Part shown: in pieces, positions 50,701-64,000 of the stretch
Layout of the letters: the number at the start of each line of letters is the position of its first letter
Position numbering within the stretch: the first letter of the stretch is position 1
NCBI RefSeq assembly: GCF_037042905.1
Contig: NC_087251.1
Coordinates: 10,666,001 to 10,730,000, forward strand
Length of the DNA: 64,000 nucleotides
Reading direction: 5' to 3'
Source: Lytechinus pictus
Lineage: Eukaryota
The notes under the pieces: generated by a model
Told to the model about the DNA's origin: nothing
Database searches by the model: none
Seen by the model: only the letters and a program-made list of their open reading frames with translations
Position numbers and translations under genes: made by a program

Positions 50701-53700
50701 GCAATGATCCAGATAATGAATTGCACTTGTTTATTACCCTTCAAGTGCTTGATCATATGAAACTGGTGTCACAAATAGGATATTTACTCCGCAATCTAGA
50801 AACACTTGCTACTCGTACAATTTGAAACACATCACAGTCTCACTCTGAACATTACTGTTCGTATAGGATTTACTTGTGCAGGTTGTACATTTGCAAATTG
50901 CAATAAGTATCATTTACACTTCAATTTACTCCTGAGAAACATAAAAATATTTAATATGCACGATCGATTGCAACCTTTTGTACAATAATTTGTCATATAC
51001 TCTGTTAATGCTTGATCATAGAATCAATGGTATTATAATTTTGGTCTTTGGCACTGTTGTGAAATAATATACTATATCTGTACTTTCACATACTTGGACA
51101 TGTAATTGTGCTTTTCTCTCATTAAAAGTGTTGCTGATAAATCATGGAAAATCATGTAACAAAAATAATGAGGATTGAACATATATATTAGTATCTATAT
51201 ACTAAATGTGTCCTCAATATATGCAAATTCTGATACATTCATTTCATTTATTATTTGAATAAAATGAAATAAACAACAAATATTATGGAGGGTGGAGCCA
51301 TTAGTTTTTAGTGGGATTGTACATTTTATGGACAGAAAGTGATATTAACATAGCTGTCATGTACGTATGCACACTCTTCATACAGTAATTTTCATTTAGT
51401 GTGTGCAAGATTCAGAATGGGATGGGATGGATGGGTTTAGAAAAGGTTGTGTTTATGCAGGTATACCACCAGTATACAGTCATAGCAGATCAATAATCTA
51501 AAGAGTGTACATGTAGACTCTCAAAAGTCCATATGGTGGTGGGCTGAAGTAGGTATAAGACAAATGTGTTTACTTTGATAATAATTTCAAATCGAATTGC
51601 TGACTGTAGTCAGCTTGGTCTATTCTTTCTTGTAAAAAAAAAAATCAAACAAAGCATCCAAAATACAGAATACCCCCATTACCCCCAAATTTTCTCAATT
51701 ACGGATTTAAAGCTGTGAACAGTGAAGCTTTTGATGAAGAAAATTATGAAAGACCTTTCTACTTTGATATTTAGAATAATGCAAATTCCATTTTTAATGT
51801 ATCAAGGAGATGTCTCCTTCCACTTTCAGCAGTTTATTCGATTTTCTTAGAAACTTTTGATATGTCTACATCTCGAGTAGATATTACCAACACCAAACTT
51901 GTCTGCTTCTGTAGAAGTAATCAGAAAATAGTGATACCACTATTATAACTACCGGTAATTCTAATTGTGCTCATAATAATAGAGAAAATTTTTTGATTGC
52001 TGCAATTTTTGTTTAGAATATTCTTGGTTTATTATATTCTTCATCTTGAGATTGGTAAGTTGATAAAACATGCACTTCACAGTAGTTTTTCGACCACCAA
52101 GGAATGAAATGGAAAGATCCTTGAATCATATAATGCAGAAATCATCTTCACCATTCACTTGCTGTGTAACAACTGCACTTGTTGGTTGTGGTCAGGAGAA
52201 ACCACAATTCACAGTAATTTCACACTGATATCAAACCATTTTCAGTTACATGTATACATGTAAGCTAGTACTTGAAAAAGGAACAGATGTAAATGAAATC
52301 TTGGTTAAACTGTGAAATATATTTTATTTTTTCCTTTGGCATTACAGGAAATAGAATCACTAGTTCAATTAAACATACTTGTAAGTCTATAACAATCAAC
52401 AGAGAATATAAAGCATATCTCATATGTTACACCTCCCCGGTCACCTGGTAATTTTCAAATTCCTTGCACTTCAGTTTTATGTTTTCAATCACTAACTGAC
52501 GAACATACATGTAGCAGAAAACATAATTTTTTTTTTATAAAGGTCTGTACGTTTGAACCTGACTTTATTCTAAAAACTGAACAAGTTTACATTTAACTCA
52601 GGACTGATCTTGTGCCTTTTTGTATGGTGGGATAATAGCATCCACATTTTGTCATAAAATTAGGACTGTACACTGTATGTCTGGTTACAAATCTACATGG
52701 ATGGAGTTATAAACATAGCTGTGTATAGGCACCCAGCTTTTCAGGGGGAGTGCCATGATCTGTGAGTATACCTCATACATGTAGCATGTTGTTGACCGAA
52801 GAGAGAAGCAAGCGAGAAATCCGCATAATGGAGTGTGGCTAATGAGTTCTACTATGGGCTGTTGGTCTGGTCACCCTCTCTCTGATGTACTTAATGGATG
52901 CTGTAAGTCATGAAGTCAATAAAGCTTAGGAAAAGCACCTATAACACATTTATGTCTTCAAGTTACATGTATAAATAGTTGTTAATGTGACATGTATTCA
53001 TGGATGATTGAATTACATTCAAGGAGTTAATGTATGTTTGTATGTTAAAAAAAACCAACCAAGAATAAATTACAGTAAATAAAACATGTTTACAGGGAAT
53101 TGTCACCCCTTACTAGTCATATAAGATTTCACTTTGCATTGGTCTTGATATGGGGAGATTGTAATCATGATCATTATTAATGTAAGGGTGCAATAGGGGA
53201 AAACGAATAAGATATGTATGTATGTATTCTTTAGGATCAATGCTACTACATGTACATTGTATGTAACTGGTACGAGTTCAACTAATGGCTGCCTTGAAGG
53301 TATTTGGATTGCTAATTTAACCTGTATACCCCGAGTGTCAATTTGTAGCAGCTAGCCTAATTACCTATTGATCGAATGCAGGCATTTATGTCGAGAGATA
53401 CAGACGGAAATTATATGGATGTTTTATCTCACAGAGCTTTCTCTTGATGGATAGTAAAGCAATGCTGATGTGTCTACCATTTAACTCCTATTCTTGTAGG
53501 ACAATGGTAAATTACACCACTGTCATCATGTCCTTTACTATATCCATGCTTAGAAAAATTATGTTGATCAGCCAATGAAAAATGAATGAAAGAGGCTACC
53601 CTTCAAATATTGATGAAGTTTCCAAAGTGGTACGATAATTGATTGTGACTCCTAAAGATTTATCTCAGAGAAATACAAAAATGTATTAAGCTTTGTTTAT

Positions 53701-56700
53701 GCTCTCCATGTATGTATACTGCAACATTGCAGCAAGTTCATTAGTTGATAAAAGCTGGTCTGAGAATACAATGTGTTGATTTGAAAGACGAATCTTCCTG
53801 AACCTGAAGGTTATGAGCAATTGCTCATTAGATATCTTGATATCCTGTACCTCTTTCCTTCCGTTGTGGTATGTTCCATTGAGACAAGGGCTTACCTGGT
53901 CTCTTCCTTCTCACATCCTTTGTCACATCCATGGAGACATCATACTTGAGATATGACTTTGATTTGACCTAAAGTGGAATTTGAGGAGGGGAAAATTTAA
54001 AATTTGGAATTTAATTGTGACTTAGTCATGAACATTAAAAGTTAAAACTTATGTATATTTCTGCATTCCTGAATTCATACAAGTCTCCAAACAGGGGGTC
54101 AATATATATAACCGTTTTTAGACAATTTTAGCAGAAATATGAACATGTACATGTTTCTGTCATTTTGAAAAAAATTGTATTCTTGTCTGAAATAGTTTTA
54201 TATAAATAGAAATCTAAGGATGGCCCCTTTTCATTTTTTTCAATTGCCTCTGAGGGTTGGTGGATATAAGAGATAATTAGACTTCATGGACTTTATAAAC
54301 TGATTGATTCTGCCATGAGTTTGTTGAGTTTAAACTATCATTAATCACTAGTAGTTACACTCCATGTAGTTTGCCATCCCATCTCCTTTATTACTGATTT
54401 AGAGGTGAATAACATGAGCTATACCAAATTCACAAATGAAAGCATCCATTGATCAAACTCAGAAGTCACTTCCCATACCCTTTGTCATTCACAAATTCTT
54501 GAATGATTGTAGATATCTAGTTCTCTTGTGGAATCATGTTGCAACATAAGGTTTCAATGTTTTTATTCATAAATTTGCATAATTCATAATGCGGTTGCAC
54601 CAAGGAAACTAACTCTAAATTGGGTCATGGTTCAGAACATCTTACATATATGCTCTGATGTTTTGTATATATATTTTTTCTAGTGTGAATGATATTATTA
54701 TTGTGTTTGGAGCCCTTGAAGTGAAATGTTCATGTAGATTGTCCAGGCCTCATGACATTTAATAAACCTGGATGGTGCTCATGAAGGCTTCATGAAGCTA
54801 GTGCTGTGTCCCAGTAAGAATAAACCTGATGTCATTTAGGTGAATGACATGTACTCATCTTAAAGGGAACAAGGATTTCTCTTCATTGAAAGCTGATGAG
54901 TGCACCCCTACTTTCAATTAAAAAAAATAGTAATGTATAGTTTGCATGGATTACATGTAGTAGAGCATTAGAGACAGATATATATCAAGTCCTACCAATA
55001 TTCCTGTCCATATACCGGTATTTCGTATAATATGGGGCATCATTGCTGAAACAATTTAACCCTTTGCTTGGTTGGAATTTATATTTAAATAAAAGGGCAA
55101 TTTTCTGTTAGCATTGTAGAGTACTAATTTGGGATATTTCTATTTAGGGTTACTGTTGTGGCACAAATCATATAATAAAGGTAATACTGTACGCAAAGTT
55201 AATATCATTAGACCTGTATACTGTAGAAGTGTATTTGGCCTTTCGCGTATAGAATTTATTTTTTTAAATAAGCATAATCGGTGAGATTCCCGCCTACTTT
55301 GTCAAATCAGCATCGGTTGACCCAGTGAAGTATTGTGGTTACCTTTTGTGTGATTTCAGCAAAATGCATTTGTAGGGTTAATATTACACTGTAGGTACAT
55401 CGCTTTATATTCTTACATTTATTGAAATATATACTCAAATTGTAAGGTCAACGAAACCTGGCCACAGAAAATTTTAAAAATTGCTCTGTTAGTTGCCCTC
55501 TGATCTATTAAAAATCACTACTAAATTCTTTTTCTTTGAAAAAAAAATCATTCAGGGGGGGATCTATGAACTTGCCCTAAAAATTCTTCCTATATTTCCA
55601 CTTTAAGTCCAATATCAAATGGTCAGTACGGATACAGAAACTTCAATATCCTTGGTTATTTGTTATTCCTGCTTTACAAGTAAGGAACAATTTAACTTGC
55701 AGACTCCCAGGATAAATCAACTTTGCTCATTACATTGTGATTATAGAGGATTGCAGCGAGTAGGTAATCACATTTATCATCTATGGTCATGTTGGTATAC
55801 ATTTCATAGAGACAGCATGTAAAGGTCACCGATCAATTGAAGCTACCTGAAAAGAGCACTGGTCCTTGATCACATGAAATACATGGGATTTGAACTTCTC
55901 ATGATGTCTTTCTCACATGAAGACAGGTATGTGAAGGGTAATATACATCATCTGCGGTTTGTTTATGTCTCTCTTTCAGACATTATGAGGATGGATTCTT
56001 CATCTTACATGGGGAGACAATGATGGTCTGTTAGGGATACTGCCTTAATACTGCATACTGAGGCTGCTGGGTTCTCCCAGAATAAATCACTAATGAAATG
56101 CTACGTGTTGACACTTGAAACCGAGGGGCCATTTTGAGAAAGTATCAGTCTGATATTTTAGCAGACTTTTCCTCACATTTCATCAGTATCAACCCACATG
56201 TAAATGGAAAATTCATATTTAGCCTTATAGTCAATTCTTTATGAGTCATGACTCATTCATATTGTATAAATTTACTTTTATTGAAAAAAGGAATTGTGAA
56301 AGATTTTTGATACTCTGTAAAGTAGCCAGTCCTTTGTGTGATAGAGTGTTTACCCTGTTGTGTCTATCAATGTATTGACACTTATCTTTTGTTCATGCAG
56401 CTCATCATGTTGATTAAGCATGTCAATACATTCACTTGAATTTCCTATCATGTTGTGGCAGTATATTATGATATACATCCTTTTCAGACACAAAATAACC
56501 GGTTAGTATCCTCTACATTGTAGTTTGCTTTATACATTGTTCATTACTTCCCCCAACCCATCTGATTTGAACAAGATCCCTGATGTTGCCCATTTCAAAA
56601 TGAATCAATGAATAATTTATTGTTTTGCTTGCACCATGATGCTGTAAAGGCTCTGTGCTCGATTCTCCCGGTAATTTAAGTGCACCATGGCGTAGATTAA

Positions 56701-59149
56701 GCATCTGATAACAGGAGAGATGTTCATTTTATGGCTTGCCCATCGAAATTAATTGGATGGGCTTGTACATAATCCATAAACATGGTATCGCTGAAAACAG
56801 GCTATATAAGTATCAATTTAAATTGGAGGTACATGATCAGTCTTGAATTATTTCATTGGTTTTAGTCTTTATTAGGATGTGTCTGAACAAAACATTTGAA
56901 TTAAGATAAGCTGTGTAGATCTGTAGGTGATGATGGTCACATGTTGATCATGATGTAGATAAAAAAACCATATATACATAATTTTTCTTACAGCATATTA
57001 AAAGCCCTCTTGTTGGATCAATTTTCATGTCATGTAGAAGTAAAATATCAAATTTGATAAATGTTCTTCAAAATTTTCAAGGACAACCCATCTTATACAA
57101 AAATATTCCTTCGAATTCACAATTAATGAGTTTAATGGAAATGAATTTCAGTTTATATTGATTTGGATTTTTTTGGGATAAAAAGAGAGAAATGCACCAG
57201 TTGATCTCTTCCTGTACTTGCCTTATTCTCGGAATACATTCATACAGTACAGAATACATTTATGTTGTTTCCAAGGTCTAATTCAAATATACTTGTAGTA
57301 AACATGTACTCCTCTTCCATCTTCCAGCTTGCCTTGAATATGTATATTCAGCATTGGCATAGCAATAATGTTTGGTATGCACCATGTTGGCTCTGGAAGA
57401 ATTACTCCGTACCCAGCGGTGCATCTTTTATTGAATATTGAAGGAGGATGAGATTAAACCCAATCTCATCGATATAGATGCAGGTGACTGTGTGGAAGGA
57501 AGAGAATATGGATGGAGATTTGAAAATTGTGTTATTATGCCTTTTTTGGGGGGGGGGGGGGTGGAGCAAGACTTTCCTGCAAAGATGGGAAGAAGGAAAG
57601 TAAAAAATAGAATCAACCATCCATTTGGACCCACAATGAGAATTTTAGTTATTTTACTACATGCTATTTTTCATACTCCAATTTTTAAAAGCAGTAGTTA
57701 GCTGTAGATGAAGAAAGAAAAAATACTGTTGTTAGGTTTCATAGAAAGTACTGGGTAGTACAGAGAGAGAGAGTAAGAGAGAGGTGGGGGGAAGACAGAG
57801 GAGATACTTTAAACAACTTTATACAGAATAATAAATTTTTCATTGATCAATTACACTATCTTTTACACATGTTAACTTTCATAACTAAATTCTTAATTAT
57901 ATCTGAATCTATGATTTTTGCCCCCCCCCCCATATATTGCTACCTGAGCAGTCATTACACTTTTGGTATAACCAATTGTTATTTCCAGAAAATTGTTGGT
58001 ATCACAAGGTTCACATCTACTCCAGATCCAATATGTTTCCAGAATTATTGAAATTGTAAATACAGTAATTCAGTTGTTACATTCCACATATTGTGTGCTT
58101 GTCAATGGGTTGTTCTATATAGTCCTAGTCCTTGATTTGGTGATCTAGTGACAGATTAAGTTTGTGGGAGGTTTGCTTGACCTAGCAGCAAACAAGATGA
58201 CTGGTTTTACTGATGAGAAATTTGATTTTTTTTCTCAATCAACTAATGTGAATGCTTAAGGGTGGAAATTGTGGTAGTCTGGGAAGTATTTATCTTATTG
58301 TAATTTTGTTGTCATTTCTGTTGTAACTGTTGTTTCATTGTAATTATCAATGTTTAGTTGATGATGTTGTTGCTGCTATTGTAGTCTTTGCAATTTGCTC
58401 TGATGTCAGATAAAGACTGAAATTCATCATTGTGGAAATAATGAGTGAAATTTCGGATAACCTTGTGCACATATTTCATTTGATAGTTTGGAACAATGTA
58501 CTATTTGGCACCAACTCTGGATGAGAGCTTTTAGTACATGTGATAAATAGATAATCGGGGAATACATGACGATTTATATTTTTTCCATCCTCTGAAGAAC
58601 TAAAGATAATTCAAGATTTGAAATTGGGAAAAAAATTAAATTCATGTGTCCAGATTTTGATAATGATATCACTCTAATATTTTTCTAAAGATGATGTACT
58701 ATTTTGGATGGTCATACCCCCATCTCTCCTATCCACCACACAGTATTGTGTGTGGGAGCATGCTAATTGATTTCAGCCGATGTGATAATGTTTTATCGAT
58801 ATTAGAAGCCAGGATGCCTGCCACTGATTACTTGCCTCTAGTTAATGATTCACCCACCATCCTATCATTATACATGTATTAATACCAAAGCTCTAGAGCT
58901 GTATCAAGCTAATCATCAATCCAATCAATTGAATTGGGGTGCAATGTTGCTTCCTACAACTCCCCATAAAACCCTGACTCCTTGTGTATTAATGCTAGGT
59001 CTTTTATTCATCACCTGTTGTGGACTGAGACGGATGAATTTGATTCCTGTGTTGTGTAGAGTATAGAGTGGGTGGTAGATGTAGAAGCGTGTTTGGATGA
59101 GAGGTGATTTGATGAGGCGGACGACATATTTTCTTCATCACTCATCCCA

Positions 59150-59900
59150 TGAATGCAATACGTAGTGTTCAGTAGTGGCTTACAGTGTACTGCTTCCATG
59201 TATTGTGAGCCTGACGTTTCTGTCTAGGGTCGTGCATCTAAATGGATCTGTCAGTTGAAATGGGCACAGGCCACCAGACATTATACTAGGTGTGTGTGGA
59301 TGACTGTGTATTCAAGAATCTTGCTTTTTACATGGCGGTGCATACGATGCATGTTAACGGAGAGATCTCACCTAAATTCAGGCTGGCGTACATTGGTTAT
59401 AAATTGTGATAGGATACAAAGTCTCATGTTGTCTTGCACAAGGACACCTTCTTTCCATTTTTTGCCTTGGTTGGATGAAGGGACCTCATCGTGGAATTCA
59501 ACGGATGATTCTACCATTGGCTTGCAAAGCATTTCTTCTATATTGCATCATAAGCAACGAGATGCGTTGTATGCTGTTGATGTGACCAAAAACCTGTTGC
59601 AAAGAATAGGATCATAATGTTCAAATGTAAGCCTCACTTACTATGGATAATTGATGTAATTCATGCATTAGTTGGATGTGCTTGCTTCAGTGGCAGGCAT
59701 AAATTGGTTGACTGAAAGCTCAGTATATTGACTGTAATCGATGTGTGTGCATCAGGTATGCAACATGTATTGATTGGGGTCGTTGAAGGGTTCAGACTTC
59801 AGACAAACCTGCATTTGTACATGTAGGACTTTGATGAGCACATAATCAATGTGGATTTGGCGCTTTAGAAATACTCTATATTATGGATATTCTGTTGTGG
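59150..59900 (-). mobile_element. Possible heavily decayed RTE-like LINE 3' fragment
   Basis: Higher GC than the flanks. Broken minus-strand translation includes VFGHIN...NALQANG...PR.GP...KW, reminiscent of the FGHI.R...G.RPRGRP..RW C-terminus of RTE ORF2. Confidence 0.3.
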
Positions 59901-62900
59901 GCCGCTCCTCTTGTGTAAGAAATAATGAATGAAATTGATTTTCATTTGCTTACAATTGTAATAAAACTTCCACATTGTTTAATAAAACAAATAACCAACA
60001 AACAGTCAAACTTGTAATTTTATGTTCAAACATCTGGGAGAAATCATATTTTGAAATACATGTATAATATTTCTGTTTGAACTGCCAGTGATTTTTGTGA
60101 GATTTTTTTTGTTTGGGGCATGATTTACAAACCTCTCCCATAGCCTGCTGTACAAATTTGAAAAGCACTAGTGCCATTGGTATATATCTTCATTATTACC
60201 AGGTCCCTCGTAGAGGAACTTGCATTGGGGCCTTCTTTACTTTATACTAATGTCAATGAGCATTCTTTCTTAGCAGTTAAAAAGATAAAATAAGTACCTT
60301 TAAAACAATCATATCTACGTGTAAACAGATGAATATTACTCACAAATAAGTCCCAATATCCAGTATGAATATTACTTTTATAGCCAAAATGACAAAAAAA
60401 GAAAGATAGAGACTAGCATGAGCAGGGAATATGAATTATTTGATAGCTGTCCAATATTCTGCTTTAGTTAGGAAAAGAGAGAAATATGATATATGACTCA
60501 TCTCATAGCTAGCGACTCATGATATACTGTGTGTTTATCTGCTCTCACAAACCCATCCAATGTATCATCTGATCTGTAATCAATGTAAGGGTTGCAAGCT
60601 ACATGTAATGTGCAAAGTACTGTGTGCTTAAAAGTAATCATACATGTACATGAATATGTTTGATAATTTTGGAAAAATGAGTACATGAAGTCCCAAATAG
60701 ACATTCATTTTCTTGATTGATTTTTCCTCCTTCATTCTGTGTTTTTCAACTTTTTTTCTCTGTACTGCATTATGTAGTAGTCATTTATTCTATCACAGTA
60801 GTCCTATAGGCCCTATATACACTACAGGTAATGAATATTCACAAATCAACTATTAATTGATATGCTCATTCTTTTCAGTAGCAATTTCAAAGATTCACTA
60901 CAGCAAGAAAATGAAACATGCAGCAAAATCTCACCACAAATTTTGCATATATTGAATTCTTCAGCGCAATGAAAATAGTTTATCAATGCAAATTGAGAAT
61001 TGAAAATCTCCATTGTGACATTGCAATTTCACAATGATGATGTTCAATACCAGCAAGTGATTTGAATTGGACGTGTTGTGGATAATACACAATGTTGCCA
61101 CATATATCACTTTTTATATTTCAGTTATATACATATATACAGGAATGTATATGTCATCCTGTTCTGACCACCCCTCAGCATCTATCCCTAATTTTTCTTT
61201 CACATCACCTATCTCCCTACCCTTCTCTGTCCCTTCCCCTCTCCTCCCTATCCATTTTGTTTTCACTTTCATTGATATATTCACAAGTTTTACAGTACAT
61301 GGATGACATATTGCTTCACTGTTTCTCCGTCTTGTTATGAATCATCTTCTCATTGTGTAATCAAGTGATGAAGCCAACCATATCCACGTCATTTAGAATC
61401 CTCTAGGTGACAGTGAGAACATAAAATATGATGGGGAATGTTCTTGTAAAGAATCATATCAACATTATGGAGTTAAAAAAAGGAAAACATAGATAATGAT
61501 TAGTTTTTTAGGAGGGAAGAATGATGTGAATGCATTTATTATTGAATTTTATAAAAGAAGTTTACCCTTTAGTACAGACAGAATACATTATATTCTATAG
61601 TCTACTTCTGTTCATTTTAAAGTGCTATTTTTTAGGCCAATTGCGGGGGGGGGGGGGGCTCTTTTTGATATTGGGATGGCCATTTTAATATTCAGTTTGT
61701 GAAACCTTGGGGCCATGTGATGGTTTTGAAATGGGGGGGGGGGGTGACTAAGTCATAAGTAGGGGGCTGACTATGCAAAATTACATGAGATAGCATTTTT
61801 AAAATACATTTTTGTACATATTTTATTGAAAAAAAGTTGCACTCCAAGGTCAGCATCCCCGGAACCTTTATTCCTGTGATTTTTCTAACATGCAGCATAC
61901 AATTATAGGGCTATATATAAACTTCTTATTATAGATGCCATAGATACATGATTTAGTAGTGGGTAATTAGCTATCTAAAAGTAGGTACTGCATAGCTTTC
62001 ATTCAATTGGTGTCATGGTATGCTGAAGGCAAATAGTTCTCAGTCCCTACCATGATCTCATTGAGCAAACAAATGCTTGTCATTTTTCTTCTTGACTACT
62101 ACATGTATATTGCAGATTCCATTACAACATAGTTCAATGGTATGACCAAATGTACATAGCACTTCACTGGGGTATAATCTTGAGCAAATGTAAAATCACT
62201 AATTATGGTATATCAGTGATCTGACATTTGCGAATAGCAGGTTGAGGATTGGGGGGGGGGGGGTGGTGGTCACTTCCATCAAAGATAGGACAGCGGATCA
62301 AGAATTGTCCTGAACCCCCCCCCCCCACCCTAAACGAGTATTCATTCGAAGGCTGCTAGGGTTAGGACACCCTAACACAGATTTTATGCAGATGTCCCAG
62401 ATTTGCATACTCTTAACAGGGATTTCATTAATTATTGGGATAACCTAGATATTCCCTTTTTATACAAGCACTTTGCACTGTGTATGTAGTTTTACTTTTT
62501 GGGGATTTGGGTTTGGGTTGAGATGCAGGGTAAGGATTTCATTTTGAATTTGGACTTTTTAATCAAGCTTTTTATTGAGGTGTGGCATAAAGGATTCTCC
62601 ATTCATGGGGTTTACAGTTGATGCATTAGGTGCAAATTACTTACACTCTTTGTTTTAGATTTTTAGGAGGCCGTGTTTCCATTTTTGAGTTGTATTTCTT
62701 ACATTTTCTCCATGTTCTGCCCCTATCCCTGAACCTCTCCCCCTTTCCATCTCTTCTTGCGACTGATGTCCAATCTTCGATAGAAGTGGGTCAAGTGACC
62801 CCCGCCCTCCCCGTTTGTGTTGATAGTTTGACCTAATTGAAACTGAGTTATGGTTATCTGGTCAGAAATTCAGAATAAAATAAATATCTCAGATGAAGAC

Positions 62901-64000
62901 GAGCTTGCCTTCAAATGTTATGTTAAAATTTAGGTTTATTGACATGGTGTACTGTAATAACTGTATATAAATTTTCAGTTGATTTTGTTGAGTTTATGTA
63001 TTGGTTCATGTACCATGAATATCGTAAGCATGAATGTTTGATAGACTTTTTGAAGTACTTGTGTGTAAAAAGGCTTATATTTAGATATAAACATCCTGGT
63101 ATCGGTTTGCATGCCTCTTGGCAGCGAATTTGATTTTGATTGTTTTTTTTTTGTTCAGATTACCATTGAATAGTGTATATATTTTTATATTGTTTTTATT
63201 TGATTTATTTACTAATATTAGTTCTTTTAATTCAAGTACATCCGTTCATGTCTTTAGGTTAGTTTGAGTTGGGAGTTAAATTTGATCTAATTAATTTTTA
63301 TGGTAATGTTTCATTGATTTTGAGTGTTCATAAGTTTGGATGGTTTTTACTTTTTTTGGTTTTATTTAGTTGAATGTGAATAGGTTGGATATTGGATGAT
63401 CTGTTAGTTGGTTGAATGTAGTATAGTGTTACCTTTTATTCCATTAATGTAAGCAAGATGGATAGAGAAGACAAGTAAGTTTGATGTATATTGTGTATTG
63501 TACCTGTACAAGCGATCATCAGATGGGGCTTATTTAATAATAATGATTTATTTTTTATTGGTATATTAATGCATGCCCGTGTAATTGTAAATCAACATTT
63601 TGGGATTCTTTCTAAAGTTTCTATGAGAGAGCCGAGTAATTCATAGGGCTTCTCTATGTAACTGAATTACTAAAATATTTCTTTCATAACTTAAGTAATT
63701 TGATTTATTAAAGGTACATATGATACTGTTTGTTTCAAATTCAAGTTATCTAGCAGTTCATTTTCAATGCCATGTCATCAAAGCAACTCCTCCACAAACA
63801 GCTTCAGCTGCTTCCATCTGGGAAAAAAAACTCTTGAATTTCTGAGAAGGCATAAAACACTAAATCATATTTCTTTATCATTTTCAGCAAGCTTGAATGG
63901 ATATCAGCATCACTCTCTAATTGCATTCTTCTTTACCATTGAAATGTTGACATGAATAAATTGTGAAGAGTTAATTTTCTGACATGCTCTTTATATCCTT

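Noticed and set aside
45900..64000. Short ORFs of 60-120 aa in the long intron (and similar ones elsewhere, e.g. 2349-2810, 4279-4659, 36039-36542)
   Set aside because: Low-complexity or repeat-derived translations, mostly with non-ATG starts, no splice-consistent chain and no recognisable domain. No reticulon-domain exon was found.

Overview
AT-rich, intron-containing animal genomic DNA. The repeat landscape looks like a marine invertebrate, possibly an echinoderm; that is inference only. Four transcription units can be built by hand. (1) The 5' part of a two-pore-domain K+ channel gene on the minus strand, running off the left edge. (2) A complete 9-exon, 512-aa F-box/leucine-rich-repeat gene on the minus strand (13774-31585). 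(3) Head-to-head with it, a small 4-exon plus-strand gene starting at a TCT/5'TOP-like initiator, whose spliced ORF is a 49-aa basic-plus-hydrophobic micropeptide and whose introns hold snoRNA-like hairpins. (4) The first coding exon and a 36-nt microexon of a probable reticulon gene, followed by about 18 kb with no recognisable exon. Intergenic and intronic DNA is full of nested non-autonomous elements: Helentron-like elements with internal satellites, MITEs with 4-, 6-, 7/8- and 8-bp TSDs, tRNA-derived SINEs and RTE LINE fragments. The most unusual signal is a dense, spatially zoned set of TA-bounded words (TACATGTA, TACAGTA/TACTGTA, TACAGTGTA, TAGATCTA, TAGGCCTA, TACCGGTA), often chained. 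They match the grammar of Tc1/mariner excision footprints.
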